Positions 10,906 through 23,632 of a DNA stretch of 64,000 nucleotides are shown in pieces. Source of the DNA: Chara braunii (Eukaryota > Plantae > Charophyceae); assembly GCA_003427395.1 (NCBI GenBank), contig BFEA01000007.1, positions 2,045,738-2,109,737 on the forward strand. The letters are read 5' to 3'. The position numbers and the translations under genes were made by a program. Each line of letters begins with the position of its first letter. Positions within the stretch are counted from its first letter, which is position 1. The notes below the pieces were generated by a model. That model worked only from the letters and a program-made list of their open reading frames with translations. It was not told the DNA's origin and searched no databases.

Positions 10906-13900
10906 GCCCAAGGACGCTCCATTTGTGTATTCGTGACGAGGTTGGTCCAACTCCTGCGTGACGCGGCCGAGAGGGTCCCGCACTGCCACTCGCGGTGCCG
11001 GACCGATGCGCTCGACACTGTTTACCCTTGCTGCTACGCTCTGGCCGCAGTCACCAAAGAAAATAGAAGCTTCTCATAACTTTGACACAAGGTGCGTGAG
11101 AGAGAGAGAGAAAAGAGAGAGACAGAGAAAGAGAGAAAGAGAGAACAGGAGAAAGATAGAGAAAACTTGTTTGCTACGGTTGAAAAAGAAGAAAAGAGAC
11201 GAACAATAAAAATACGTATGTTGAATACCTCTTTCCTATCATTCGACTTTCAGTCTCGAGCCTATTCTTACTGTGTACTGCTGTTTACGCTCGCTTCTGC
11301 CCTCTTGACACTTTGCAGCGGGCATGGCCCGCGACGCGCCTTTACTTGTAATAAAAATAATAAAACCGAATGTATGTTAGCGGAATCTTCAGTCAAGCAT
11401 AAGAGGGGAAAAAAATAAAAATGATAAATATAATATTTTTAATACTATCGTTATTAATCAAAATAACGATCAATAATAATAATGATAATAAATAACATAT
11501 ACAGGTTCCCTTCCCGATTTCGATACGGTCACGAAGAAAATACATTCACTTTCAAGGTTGTTGATCAGTATTTTCACTCGGAGGTAAGGGTTGTTTCTCT
11601 TGCTCCCTCTTTCTTCCTTTTTTTTTTTTTTCTTCAATTTTTCTTTCCTCTCGTCACCTTACTAGCCTGTGTTTGACTAGATATCAATAGAATAATATCT
11701 TCTTGGTAATAGCGATCACGGGGCTTAATGATTATTAGATGTATAGATTTACAAGTCGAAGGAACTTACCTCTGTTGATCTGATTCCTTCGATATCCTAT
11801 CGAGTGATATCGCCGAGGAAAACGAACTCCTTCACGAGATATGTTCCACAGTACACGTTGAAAGCACTACCTCTATCGACTGCGACCAGATTGTCGAGCG
11901 GGTGGGTCTTTCCCTTTCCTCCTTCTCTGAATCTTTCCTCTCCCACCAAGTGTCCTCTTATCACCTCGCCTCCTTTTCTCATTCCTTTTCCACGCGGGTG
12001 CTACTCGCTCTTGCCCCGGTGATTTTCTGATCTTTGTTAGCCCTCGTTGCTTTCTCTGCGCCTTCGTCAGATATCTTCTTCTCTTTCATACATCCGCTCG
12101 CAGTTAGTGCACTAAGATTCCTTCGCTTACGCCTTTGTTTTCTTGTTCACGCTCGCCTCATCCTATATGAATGTTTACCAACTCGGGCTTCGTCCGTGAC
12201 TTTCCCCGATCTTGCTTCTGTAAGCGTCGGTGAACTTCCACCGTACCCTGTTAGTCTCCCAAGGCCGAAAAACCTGCCCTTCACATCTGGGCAGACTCAG
12301 TTTTTGTGTTCACATAGTAGGTGAAAATACTTACGTTAGTAGTCAGAATACAGAGGTTAGGATTATCTACGCTCAAAGTCAGTTAGTTCGCTCTACTCCA
12401 ACTGTCTCAACACTCACGTAGGTGTACCTGTGTTACGTGTTTTGTCCTCATAGTTCTCGTTTGCTTACCGATTTCCTTTTGACTTCGTGAACTTTATCCT
12501 TATCCTAGGCAGTATTCCAACCCTACGAACTATCGAACTAAAACCCGGTCGCGCCTCGTGCGGACAACTGTCGAGTTTCTGCCACGGGCACGTGCCCAAA
12601 TCCTCATTCCTAATAATCTCACACATGATCTACAAGTCACGGTTTGATCGAAGGCGGGGTTTTTAAAGGGTCGGGCCTACCTTGTTTTTTTCATCAAAAA
12701 AAGTATGTTGAGAGGGCACGATGAACTCGATCCCCGTACCTTCGGCGCACCTGTACCTATTTGGCTAGCTCTTAGTTTGGTTAAGATAGGAAAAAACCTG
12801 CCATATGTAGAGTACAAGGTTTGGTTTTACGGGCATAACAAATTTATGGCCTGCCTTTTATGGTTAGTCTAGGCCGGCATCGGTAGTCGCTGCCTGGTAT
12901 GGTAGGGATCATGTTTTTCCTTATCTGCCCCGACCGCATGGTCGGAGTTATATTAATTTTTCAAGTTTGTTTTTGAGTCTAGGCTAGGAGTGCTAGGTTA
13001 GACATCCTTGGGCTCGAACTGATTTATTTTGTGTTACCGTTTGAACTTTTGACCGGTTTTATATCGTACCCTCTGCATCTCGCGCAACCACTCGCAGACC
13101 TTGCGACCGAAGTCTTTTAACTTTTATTAAATCTTATTATTTATCGTACGCGTTGTGTTAACATTTGTCGTCACTTAGCATCCCGGCCTCAGTGGTCGAG
13201 GAATCTGTCTCACGGTACTGTCGAGCGCATTGGTTTGGCACCGCAGGAAACGGGGCGAGACCCTTCCGAGCTCGTCACGCAGGAGTTGGTCTGATCCTCG
13301 TCGCGAATACACATGGAGCTTCCGCAAGCCGCTCCGGCCGAGTGCACCAGCCATACCTCTTGCGAGCCCCTACGACAGGATAGGGCCTACACGAGGCACG
13401 ACTTACCTCCACCTTACGGGAATTGTCACCTCTCTTCTGTGGGCGTTTCCCGCCAAGCTACCAGTCTAGAATACGAAAGTTAATCAATTGCAATCGCAGA
13501 GGTGGACCAGCCGAGGGTGTTTCTCGTTCGCAATAGCATAGGTGATACGTGCGGTTTTACGCCTCTATCGAACCCACAAGCGAACCGAAGTCTTGGGGGG
13601 TTAGATCCGAAGTGCGACTCGTCGCTGGTCGAGTATGACGCATCCCACACTCCACGCATACACCACTCTAAAGACATAAAAATAAAAACACACACACTCA
13701 CACGTTCAAAAAACGACACAGAACAAATAATGCAACACACTCCTAGTCCCTTAGTAGTCATCCCATAACTCTCCGATGCAGAAATCGGATAGGCGTCGCG
13801 CACCAGACTTAGTATAAAACCGCGCTGACGCAGGGCTAACTCATATGGACTCTCAATGCAAGCATACACAAGCCGACGCAATGATGACGTACTATATAGT

Positions 13901-14999
13901 ACCCATACTCATGCGGTCCTCGTTAATCTCGAGGGTCGCATTCGGCAGGCACGCGCCTTGAGCGAATGATCTCTCGACGTTGGACAACCGCCAAGTGCGG
14001 TTGAGAACCACACCCTCTTCTGCACCCTGCGGAGACTGGGTGGTACACAGGTTCATAGCTGTGTTGTTAATCGTCTCTTATTGCCTTGGAGACCAGCTCT
14101 TTCATCTAGGGCATCGAGATAAATCAAGAGGGTTGACTTTAACGGCTGCCACAGACTACAACGTTCAACTATAAAAAAACTATAAAAGAAAAGGATAAAA
14201 GAGGATCTCTTTTTTCTCTCAAAAACATAATCTGTTTAACTCTTACTCGCGGTCACAGTAGGTCGCGCGAAACACTCAAGACATATTTTTTTATATATAG
14301 AGAGAGGGTTATAAATATGTGACGATCACTTCTCACAATCAGAGTGGGACTCCTCTCAGCCATATATATATGTATGTGAGTGCAGGCAGTCAAATCCAAA
14401 GTACGAATCACCAAACATATCTACAATCACATCAAAGATTCAGCCAAAAGTCCGTGCACTGCACGGCGTCAACTTCAGCCATTCTCTGCACTCTTACCCC
14501 TCGCTTTAGCCATTCAAGCCTCACTCTTGTGCAACTCCTCAAAATAAAATACTCAATACTTTTCTTTAGATGGTTATTCAAATAAAGTCCGGACGGAAAT
14601 ACAACAAAACAGTTCAAATCACAAGGCTGAAGCCTTTAGGTTCAGTGACAAGAGTGAATTGGAGTTGGGTCGAAAACTGACGAATCGTCAACCGACTTGT
14701 TATTAGTGATAACAGAAGATGATCCTCTTGAGATCAAGTTGAATCTTATTCCAAATCCTGAATCGAGTGTCCAAAGAAGGCCTGTGTCATAAAACAAGTC
14801 AATGCCCAAGCTAAATCATCAGTGTATGGAGAGTGAATCTCCCTAACACATTCTCATCTAAGGTCCACCTACAAGCTAAGCCTAAACCTACAAGCTAAGC
14901 CTAGGCCTACCTCTAAGCCAGTGCCCACCGCAATGTAGAACTATGACAGTATTTCCCCTATTCAGGATGAATTACCACAATTGTCAACTATCAAAATAT

Positions 15000-15570
15000 A
15001 GTCTTACTCATTTAAACTAAGAAAATTTCGGCACCACTTCCCGTAGGAAAAGTGTCTTCTCAGAATTGATACTCGCTCAAATATGAAAACAAAAACCAAA
15101 CTCTAATTTTAAAAAATCAAATTTTGTCTAACTCCCTGAATTAGTAAAAATTTTGGCAGTACTCCCTTTAGAATGGTAGAACTCCCAGATTTATACTAAG
15201 TCAGATAGGACCTCAGAAGTCAAACTTGAGTTCGACTTCAAGACAAAGTTCAACTAACCCCTTAGATTTGTAGAAATTTCGGCAGTGATTCCCGTAGAGA
15301 AAGTGTTATTCCAAGATTTATTCAAAGCTAAATTAAAAAGTATAGAAAATAACTTTGACTTCCAAAAGTTCAATTTTGTTTTAACTCCTTCAATCAATAA
15401 AAATTTGGGCAGCACCCCCTTTAGAAAAATGAGACTTCCCAAATTTTTACTAAGTCATGTATATAATTTAGACAAACTGAGCTTTTGAAAATCTAAATTT
15501 GACTAACTCTTTGGTTTTGTAAAAAATTCAGCAGTGCTTCTCATTGAGAAAGTGACTTACCAATATTTAT
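15000..15570 (-). repeat. Five ~125-bp hairpin units (unit B copy of the second array)
   Basis: Reverse-complement motif at 15030, 15155, 15281, 15408 and 15530. Confidence 0.85.
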
Positions 15571-15893
15571 ATAAGACGAAGTATAATAAATGATTATATA
15601 ACACGAAATATAATAAATGATCCCAGAAAATGCAGAAATTGTCCTAAGTAAAAAAAAATTAGCTAAAAAATTGCAGGAATTGAAGCTAACTTCTATGACT
15701 CTAGCACGTGGTGAGCATCTAAAACAACTACCTGTCAAACTGAAACTCAGACTAAGTCGTAACGTCACTAAGTCACATGCAAGGCCAAACCACAAATATA
15801 AGTACTCTCACCATCCCAAAATCATCTTATCAAACAATAGTTCAAAGTCTCTCAATGATTTATCCCTTTATACCCAGTTTAAATAGGGCATAA

Positions 15894-16682
15894 AGCTAGA
15901 CCACCCAAACTTATGGAACATGTCTAGCTCATAGGGCAAAACAATTTTTCTCTTCTTTGGGCATATGACTAGGCCATCCTAGTCGTCCTGAACTATTTAA
16001 GTATCTAAGTTTTATATAACTATCTGCACTTAGTCTTTTGAGGTAGCATATAACTGAACCGATCATCCTTAGCTCGAGATTCAGTCTGCCCCTTCGTATT
16101 ACAAGTTTACTCTTAATTAGTACTCTCTTCAGTTGGTGATAAACTATAGTCAGACCACCCAAACTTATGGAACCTTGTCTGACTAACCTGTTCATAAGTA
16201 GGATAGTAATAAAGTATAGTCAAGTTATAACTTTTTGGTTTCAGCATGTGCATGACATTGGACCAAGACCACCCAAACTTATGGAACCTTTGCAGTCCTC
16301 CGTCCGATTCTTTCTCTTATCCAAAGCAGGAAGAGGCTGAGCCACCAAAACTTATGCGAAATTCTCAGACCTCCTCGTTTAGAACCAAAAGAAACTGGAA
16401 GAAACTCAAAGTAAACTAGGCGACCAGGCCACCCAAACTTATGGAACGTGCTCAAACCTCCTCGTTTAGAACCAAAAGAAACTGGAAGAAACCCAAAGTA
16501 AACAAGGCGTTCAAGCCACCCAAACTTATGGAAGATGCTTGGCCCCTGAAAAGTCATCCACAGACAGCCCTCGCAAGTCAGAGCAACAAGACCACCCAAA
16601 CTTATGAAACATGTCTGGTTCTCCAGGTAACTCAAAAATAAACATAGCACTGGGCCTCCCCAAACTTATGGAGACTTGCCCA
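15894..16682 (-). repeat. Array of 8 hairpins, core GTTCCA-TAAGTT-TGGGTG (unit B copy)
   Basis: CACCCAAACTTATGGAAC-type motif on + at ~15894, 16147, 16261, 16336, 16425, 16511, 16587 and 16651; most are flanked by complementary arms such as AGCTAGAC...GTCTAGCT. Confidence 0.9.
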
Positions 16683-19600
16683 ACCTTTGATTGACCCAGT
16701 CAGACACAAGCAAAACTGCCTTCCTCCCAACCTTCCCCAGATGCAATCCCACAATCTGTTTTCAGCCAATACAATAAAAACTGAAATTGGATTTGCACAA
16801 CCATTCTTTTATCAAGTCTGATTTATGTCCTTAAATCAAACTGAAAGTCAAAGTAGGGAGATAGGCAATATACCCAGTCAATCATAGCACGAAATATAGT
16901 TAGGGGTTATACGGATTTATAGAAGGAAATCAATGGTTACCTTTCAATTCCCTGCCTCCAGAACTCCTCCTGAGTTCCAGCAGAGCTCCCTCAATCGGTG
17001 GGTTGACTCCCGACAGAGTCTTGACGCGGTCCTACGGATTGCAATCCCGCATGCCGCCTTCCTCTCTTAACAGGATTAGACTGAGAGTAAGATAGATAGA
17101 AGGAGGGGTTTTAGACTCTCGAGATACAGGAGAGGGACAAACTCAACTCCTAAAAGATTGCCTCAATACCTTCATGCGTCTGAGGGCCCCGCAATGATGG
17201 ACAATACGAGCAATCGGTAGTCAAACCACGACCAAGCGCAAGGCAGATAACGCTCTGATGAACCTCCAAATCGCGGCGGTTACCTCCTCGCAGAACCTAG
17301 CCCTCCACCTTCGATGATACTACCGTTTCTCGTGGTCTAAACGCCGCTACGCAGCCTAGAAAGGTTTCTCTCGAATAGAGCACACCCTTGTCTTCTTACT
17401 CGAAGACGGACGTAAACGCAACGAAAACGCAGTAGCAAGGCATCACGCAGTGCACAATGAAATGCAAAAACATGCACAACCTAAATCAAGTGGGAATAAG
17501 TTACAAGCACCCGGTCAACAGTACTCCAAAAACTTCAGCAGTCCGCTAGTAGAAATAGCCTGGGATAGTAATATGACTGAGCCTGGAACGCGACAGTAAT
17601 GGCCCCCCAATCTGTCTCAACAGAAACCCAACTGCAGACACCAAGGTCCGCAGTAGCCGTAGCAACCATTCATAGCAGAAATCTTGACAAGGCAACACGG
17701 CTGGCCACACAGTCAAACCACTGTCAAGGATACCACAGTGATCAAACTGCCCGCGCGATCCACAGTCCCTCAATCACACACTAATGTCACCCCCATTTAC
17801 ACCACCAACTCCATTTGCCAAATAGTTAATTCCTTAATTATTTTTTCTAACTCTTCTACCCCTCCTCCTACTTCCTCTTTTATACACCCTTTCTCCTTTC
17901 AAACATCCATAACTCAATCTTGAGTTGTGAGAGTAGGAGACTCCACCTTGGCGTCAGTCTGTCACTTCTGTATGAACGAACAACTTGAAGCTCCCCCACG
18001 GATCAGGGAGGAGTCACGGCATGTATAATGACGCTCTAAAGTAATCATGAGGTGATGAATCAGTGAGGTCATGAGCGTACTTAGCCTACACTAAGAGCAC
18101 AAACGGTGTGTTCGATAACACTATGTAACCGCGGTTGCCTTTCTGTTAAACTCTCGGTCTACTGTCCGCCCTCGTGTTCACATCTACGCCCCGACCAACA
18201 ACCAACCTTGCCATCGCGCGGTTGACGTCACTCCACAGTCACTATCTGGACGGGCAACGCATTGATCCACAGGTAAGTCTTCACCCCTTGGCCGACCCTT
18301 CATTCCCCCTCTCGACAATCGGTGGGCAAGCCACGCATCAATGCACAGATAAGTCCCGAACCTTCACGGCCCGCGGTCGGGGCAACCGGGGTTTTTTAAA
18401 GTCAGACACTGTCCAACTCTTTCGTTGAATTGGAGGACTTCATGTGACTGATGTTTGCCAAAGTTTATTCAGATCAACCCAAGTGACTAAGACTTTTTGT
18501 GAATCAGATGTCGTTGACGTCTGACTTAAATGAATTTAGTTGCTAGTATGGCGGGTTGTTAGCAGTTCTTGATAGGGCCACAGGGGCAAGCGGTCGTGGA
18601 AAGACTAAAGCTAGACTATCCTATCTAAAAGACTGACGCAAGCTTGATAAGACGCGCAATTCAGGGCTTTAGTAGGTCAAAAAGGTGGTGGCGTCAGGGG
18701 TTAGATCGACGGCGCGAGAAAATTAGGAAGTGTTTTTTTTTTTTTCAAAGGTCATGGAGGTACCGCGTACGCAGCTAAGGCTCATGGGCTAGACCACAAG
18801 TCGTTGGGCTAGGACGCCGTCGGCTCGGGGGCAGTGCGGCTGACTAACGGAAAATATGGCAGGCCAAGCCTGCTTCGGCTGCAATAGATGAGTCTACTGG
18901 GGGGTACTTGCCGATTCGGTGGAGACGGCTCGACTTCTGAGATCTGAGTCTTGCGCTCAGACGAGGAGGAGGAGTACCTCTGACCACTTCGTAGAGGGAG
19001 AGGCATGCAACACTTCAAGCAATGCCCCTGATGAAGAATCATGCACAAAGCAACTTGTCATCCAAAAACATTGGAAACGGATGAAGACTGGTATGTGCGT
19101 TGAATCTCACGTCGGCAGTAGGCTGAAACGAATAACTTTGGCAACCCGTGTCATCAAGTTAAAATTTAGGAAGCCGACTACCTTGTCGGCTGCATTTATA
19201 TTATCGTCAATAGCCAACTTGTTGTTGGCGGTTGCATGATTGTTTTGGGGTGTTTGACCTGAGATGGTCAAAGGTTGATTCTTTACGATGTAAGTATATG
19301 CAGATGTTTTATTTTATTTCTTTTGATTGTGTGTTAAAGGGACTATGATTAATGTTGGGTTTCACGCTTGGTTGAGACCGTCCTAGTCGACCGGCGTTCG
19401 ATTCGCACTTGGGAGATCAACACCCTAAGGAACTGACGACGTCGGGTTCGCTTGGCGTTAACCAAGCGTATCTATACTACAACGAACATGCAAACGCCCT
19501 CGGCCGACCTACCTCTGCAATTGCATCTAAAAACTTTCGCATGTGGGTCAGTAGCTCGGTAAGGATACGCCCCTAAGGGTGGTGACAACCCCTTAGGGAA

Positions 19601-20879
19601 GGAAAGCTTATGCCCCGCGGAAACCTATCCTGTCGTAGGGGACCACGAGATGTACAGCTGGCGCACCGCGTTAGAGCGGCGAAGGGACGACGCAACCACG
19701 ACCGTATTGGCGGCTCGCGGGATTATTTTGCGTCGTTCCTAAGTTGTCTCACATTTTGTTTTTGTTAAACTTATGCGTGACATGGCCGGGAGGACCCTCG
19801 CTTGCACGAGGGCCGATGCGCTTGACACCGCCCTCCCCCGTTATTTCGATCGCTTTGGCTTATTAAAAAAAAAAAAAATGAAACTTCATCTGGAAGGAGG
19901 GTCAGGTACACCACATTTCTCCCCTCCTATTTGCATGCAGCTCCTACACTCGGTTCTTCTAATCTATTACTCTATTACTAAATCCAACATCATCACCGAA
20001 TGCGCAATGGTCCGAACCTCAAGCTAGCACGTTCCCACAACGTTCGTTTTCCTGCTTCCGCCATGCCTCTTGACATTCTCATGCAGTCTTGCTCTATACT
20101 AACGTTCCTTTCTTTTAACCTTCTTCTCAGACGAACCTCCTAATCTAGCTCGCAGTTATCAAAAACCCCCGTTTACCATCTCATTTCGCTCGATTTCGTT
20201 GAGAATCGAGCGAAGATTCGTTTTTCGTATTTCTGCCATATTCGACTCCTGCTAACATCCCCGCTTGACCCTTGATGCTTATACTGCCCAAACCAGCCCT
20301 ATAGGTGCGATTTTGGGCTTTTCATTCAGCTCGCAGTGTGCCAAAACCGCAGAATCGCATGTTTGATCCCCTAAATCCATCCAAAAACGAGCGGGATATA
20401 CACTTTTTCTCTTCTTCTCCTTCCTTTCCTCCATGTCTCCGCACACTGTCTTTCTCTACAAAGTTCTAATCTACTAACGTCCCTCTAAAACTAACCTCGT
20501 AACCTGGTTCACCCAGCCCAACAATGTTGAAATGGCATCGTTCCTCACTCAATTCTGTGAGGATTCGAGTGAGAATCGCTCTTCGCTCCTATACACCCGC
20601 TTTCTTCCCCGCCATCGTTCTCGCCCCTTCCTCATTAAGATCCGAATGCACCTGCGCGAGTTAGCGTCCATGTTCATTCCGCTTCCTCCACTACCTTGCC
20701 ATCTTTGCTTTCTCCTCCTTACAATGTCGCGCTGTCTCTGTCTCATTTCTTTCCTTCGTCTTCTCCTTTGAGTGTTTCTGGCGCGAGTTTGCGCCCAGAT
20801 TCAAACACTGCCCGCTAGCCCTTTCTCGATGCCAGCGCTATGCCCCCGATATTAGCACAGCGCCTGCCCCATCGTCTCC

Positions 20880-21120
20880 CTCGGTTGTTCCCCCGTCATA
20901 GCACTCGGCCTTAGAGTCGTGCAGTAGGACTGCCCACTACCCTCTACTATCCCGAATGGAAACTTCGGAGGGAACCAGCTACTAGTCGGTCCGTCAATCT
21001 TCCGCCCCCATGCACAAGCTTGACGAGCAGTGTCCTTAGCTGGTACCGCTGCCAGCCCGCCACAGTCTCCTCCTATCCGCTCCACTTCGACAAAGCCCGC
21101 CACCACCTCGGGCCCTAAAT
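20880..21120 (-). pseudogene. Decayed fragment of cytosolic large-subunit (25S/26S) rRNA
   Basis: GGAAACTTCGGAGGGAACCAGCTACTAG (20958-20985) is the antisense of a universally conserved eukaryotic LSU segment at the LR5 primer site; weaker similarity continues on both sides. Confidence 0.85.
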
Positions 21121-21262
21121 GGGCAAACCCGCCACATGTAGGTGGATTGCAAAATCAGGGATGCTGGTCCGCTGCATATCTTGAAGGTAGTAACAAATAT
21201 TCAAATGAGAACTTTCGAAGCCCGAAGTGGAAACTCGCAACTCCATGCGGTGACAACCCGTG

Positions 21263-21265
<3 letters not shown>

Positions 21266-21299
<34 letters not shown>

Positions 21300-21495
21300 A
21301 AACCCTTTGTTGTTCGGAAATGGGTAAACATCGTGGCACGTGACGTCATGTCTTGCTTTCTTTCTCTTCGCGCGCCACGACGTGGCAGGTCGGGCTCTCT
21401 CTCTCTCTTTCTCTCTCTCTTTTTCTCTCTCTTTTTTTCTCTCTCATCTTCTTTGTATTTCTTTTATAGAATCATCTCTCTCTCTCTCTCTCTCA
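21266..21495. repeat. (CT)n microsatellite cluster
   Basis: Visible CT runs. Confidence 0.95.
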
Positions 21496-21562
21496 CAAAA
21501 AAAAAAAAAAAAAAAAATTCGTGATTTTAACAAATAAATTGAACAACGTTTGCCTCAGGGTC

Positions 21563-21934
21563 NNNNNNNNNNNNNNNNNNNNNNNNNNNNNNNNNNNNNN
21601 NNNNNNNNNNNNNNNNNNNNNNNNNNNNNNNNNNNNNNNNNNNNNNNNNNNNNNNNNNNNNNNNNNNNNNNNNNNNNNNNNNNNNNNNNNNNNNNNNNNN
21701 NNNNNNNNNNNNNNNNNNNNNNNNNNNNNNNNNNNNNNNNNNNNNNNNNNNNNNNNNNNNNNNNNNNNNNNNNNNNNNNNNNNNNNNNNNNNNNNNNNNN
21801 NNNNNNNNNNNNNNNNNNNNNNNNNNNNNNNNNNNNNNNNNNNNNNNNNNNNNNNNNNNNNNNNNNNNNNNNNNNNNNNNNNNNNNNNNNNNNNNNNNNN
21901 NNNNNNNNNNNNNNNNNNNNNNNNNNNNNNNNNN
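21563..21934. other. Assembly gap (N run)
   Basis: 372 N bases. Confidence 1.
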
Positions 21935-21998
21935 GACACAATCAACTGCCTCACTTTCCACAGATCCAGTCTCATGCGCCTGTCTCTTATACACATCT
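21935..21998 (+). other. Chimeric mate-pair read remnant: copy of 28381-28426 followed by a Nextera mosaic end
   Basis: CTGTCTCTTATACACATCT at 21980-21998; the preceding ~45 bp match the sequence starting at 28381. Confidence 0.93.
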
Positions 21999-22252
21999 CT
22001 ATCCCAACTCCGATCCCTCCGTCAAAAAAAAAAACAAAAAAAAAAAAAATGCTCTGCTATTTGGATGGTGGAAGTATTCATCACCCGCTTCGTGGACGTC
22101 TGATGTGTCGATTGTCCCGTTCTTCATCATCGTTTGTTTGTGAACCTGTGAACCGCCACGTTCGTTCACACGACAATTGTCTATCTACGAATTCGATCTC
22201 GGTTGTGTTACGTTATCCACTAGGTTTGGCTATTACGTTCTTTCATGCTAGT

Positions 22253-22255
<3 letters not shown>

Positions 22256-22306
<51 letters not shown>
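22256..22306. repeat. (GA)n microsatellite
   Basis: Visible GA run. Confidence 0.97.
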
Positions 22307-22312
<6 letters not shown>

Positions 22313-22329
22313 ATAAGTTATTTTTTATG

Positions 22330-23400
22330 TCCAACAAATTCGGTACAAAATTTCAATGTGATCCTCGGGCATAAATTGCTCCCTGTTTTTTCCTACATAT
22401 GATAATTTGTCTTCGAAATTTTTGCTCTTTTTTTTTTCTTCTGTTTGGAATATTCTCTGGTCCTTGTAAGGACAGATTACTGCCCTTAATTCCCAAAGAT
22501 TAATTGTTCGATTTGACACCTGTTTTTCTTTATTGCTGGATTCGACAATTCTTCTCCATTGGTCGCTTATGAAAACAAACCGAAACAATTGAAAAAAAAG
22601 CCTAAAAATATTTTTTTGAAATTTTATTTTTCTCAGGAAAAAATACGATTAATAATTTTCATGAATTATTAGCTATATTCTTTTACATATCATAATATTT
22701 TCTCGGATTTTTTGGTTTCCTTTTTTTTTTTTTGGCTGGAATATTATTTGGTCCTTACAAAGACGAAGCGCTCACCTTTTTTATCCTTTGCTGAAAAACA
22801 TGGCTTTGTTTTCAATGACATGTTGTGTCTCTAACAAACCACTAGAAATCTTCTTTCCGAATGTGATTTTTAATGTCAAACAAATTCGGTGCAAAATTTC
22901 AATGTAATCCTCGGGCATAAATTGTTCGCTGTTTTTTCCTATATATGATAATTTGCCTTCGGATTTTTTGCTCCTTTTTTTTTTTTTTTGGGGATATTCT
23001 CTGGTCCTTGCAAAGATAAATTGCTGCCCTTAATTCCCAAAGATTAATTCTTCAATTTGACACCCGTTTTTCTTTCCCGTTGAATTCGACGATTCTTCTG
23101 TATTGGTCGCTTATGAAAACAAACTGAAACAATTGAAAAAAAAAGTATGAAAATCTTCGTTTAAAATTTTATTTTCCATAGCAAAAAATACGATTAATGA
23201 TTTTCATGAATTATTAGCTATATTCTTTTACATATCATATTATTTTCTCGATTTTTTTTTTTTNNNNNNNNNNNNNNNNNNNNNNNNNNNNNNNNNNNNN
23301 NNNNNNNNNNNNNNNNNNNNNNNNNNNNNNNNNNNNNNNNNNNNNNNNNNNNNCCTTTGCTGAAAAACATGGCTTCGTTTTCAATGACTTCTTGTGTCTC
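22330..23400. repeat. AT-rich ~545-bp tandem repeat (2 copies, the second interrupted by the N gap at 23264-23353), upstream of the Helitron ORF
   Basis: CAACAAATTCGGTRCAAAATTTCAATGTRATCCTCGGGCATAAATTG-like sequence at ~22332 and ~22878, with collinear continuation. Confidence 0.85.
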
Positions 23401-23632
23401 TTTTTCTTTGCCTTCCTTTTAAATAGGTGTTTGCTCTCTCCCATCCGGTCATGCAACAGATGCACCTACATTGATCCGTTCTTCTTTTTCACTACGAGGA
23501 CAACATAATTGACGTTACCGTGAAACGCACTTCTCCGCAATTACACCGACACCCCGAAATGGCCGTACCAACACAGACCGCCTATTACAACTTCACATAC
23601 CCGTCCTGGAACACACATTGCAAAATAGAACA

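Larger units (their letters stand above)
11017..21233. repeat. ~10-kb duplicated unit B (direct copy of unit C)
   Basis: Collinear with 29171-39243 at roughly 90% identity by eye; the same short ORF translations recur in both units. Confidence 0.93.

Noticed and set aside
15617-15886. Lys-rich ORF shared by units B and C
   Set aside because: The frame is broken by stops in the more distant element A; sharing reflects recent duplication only.
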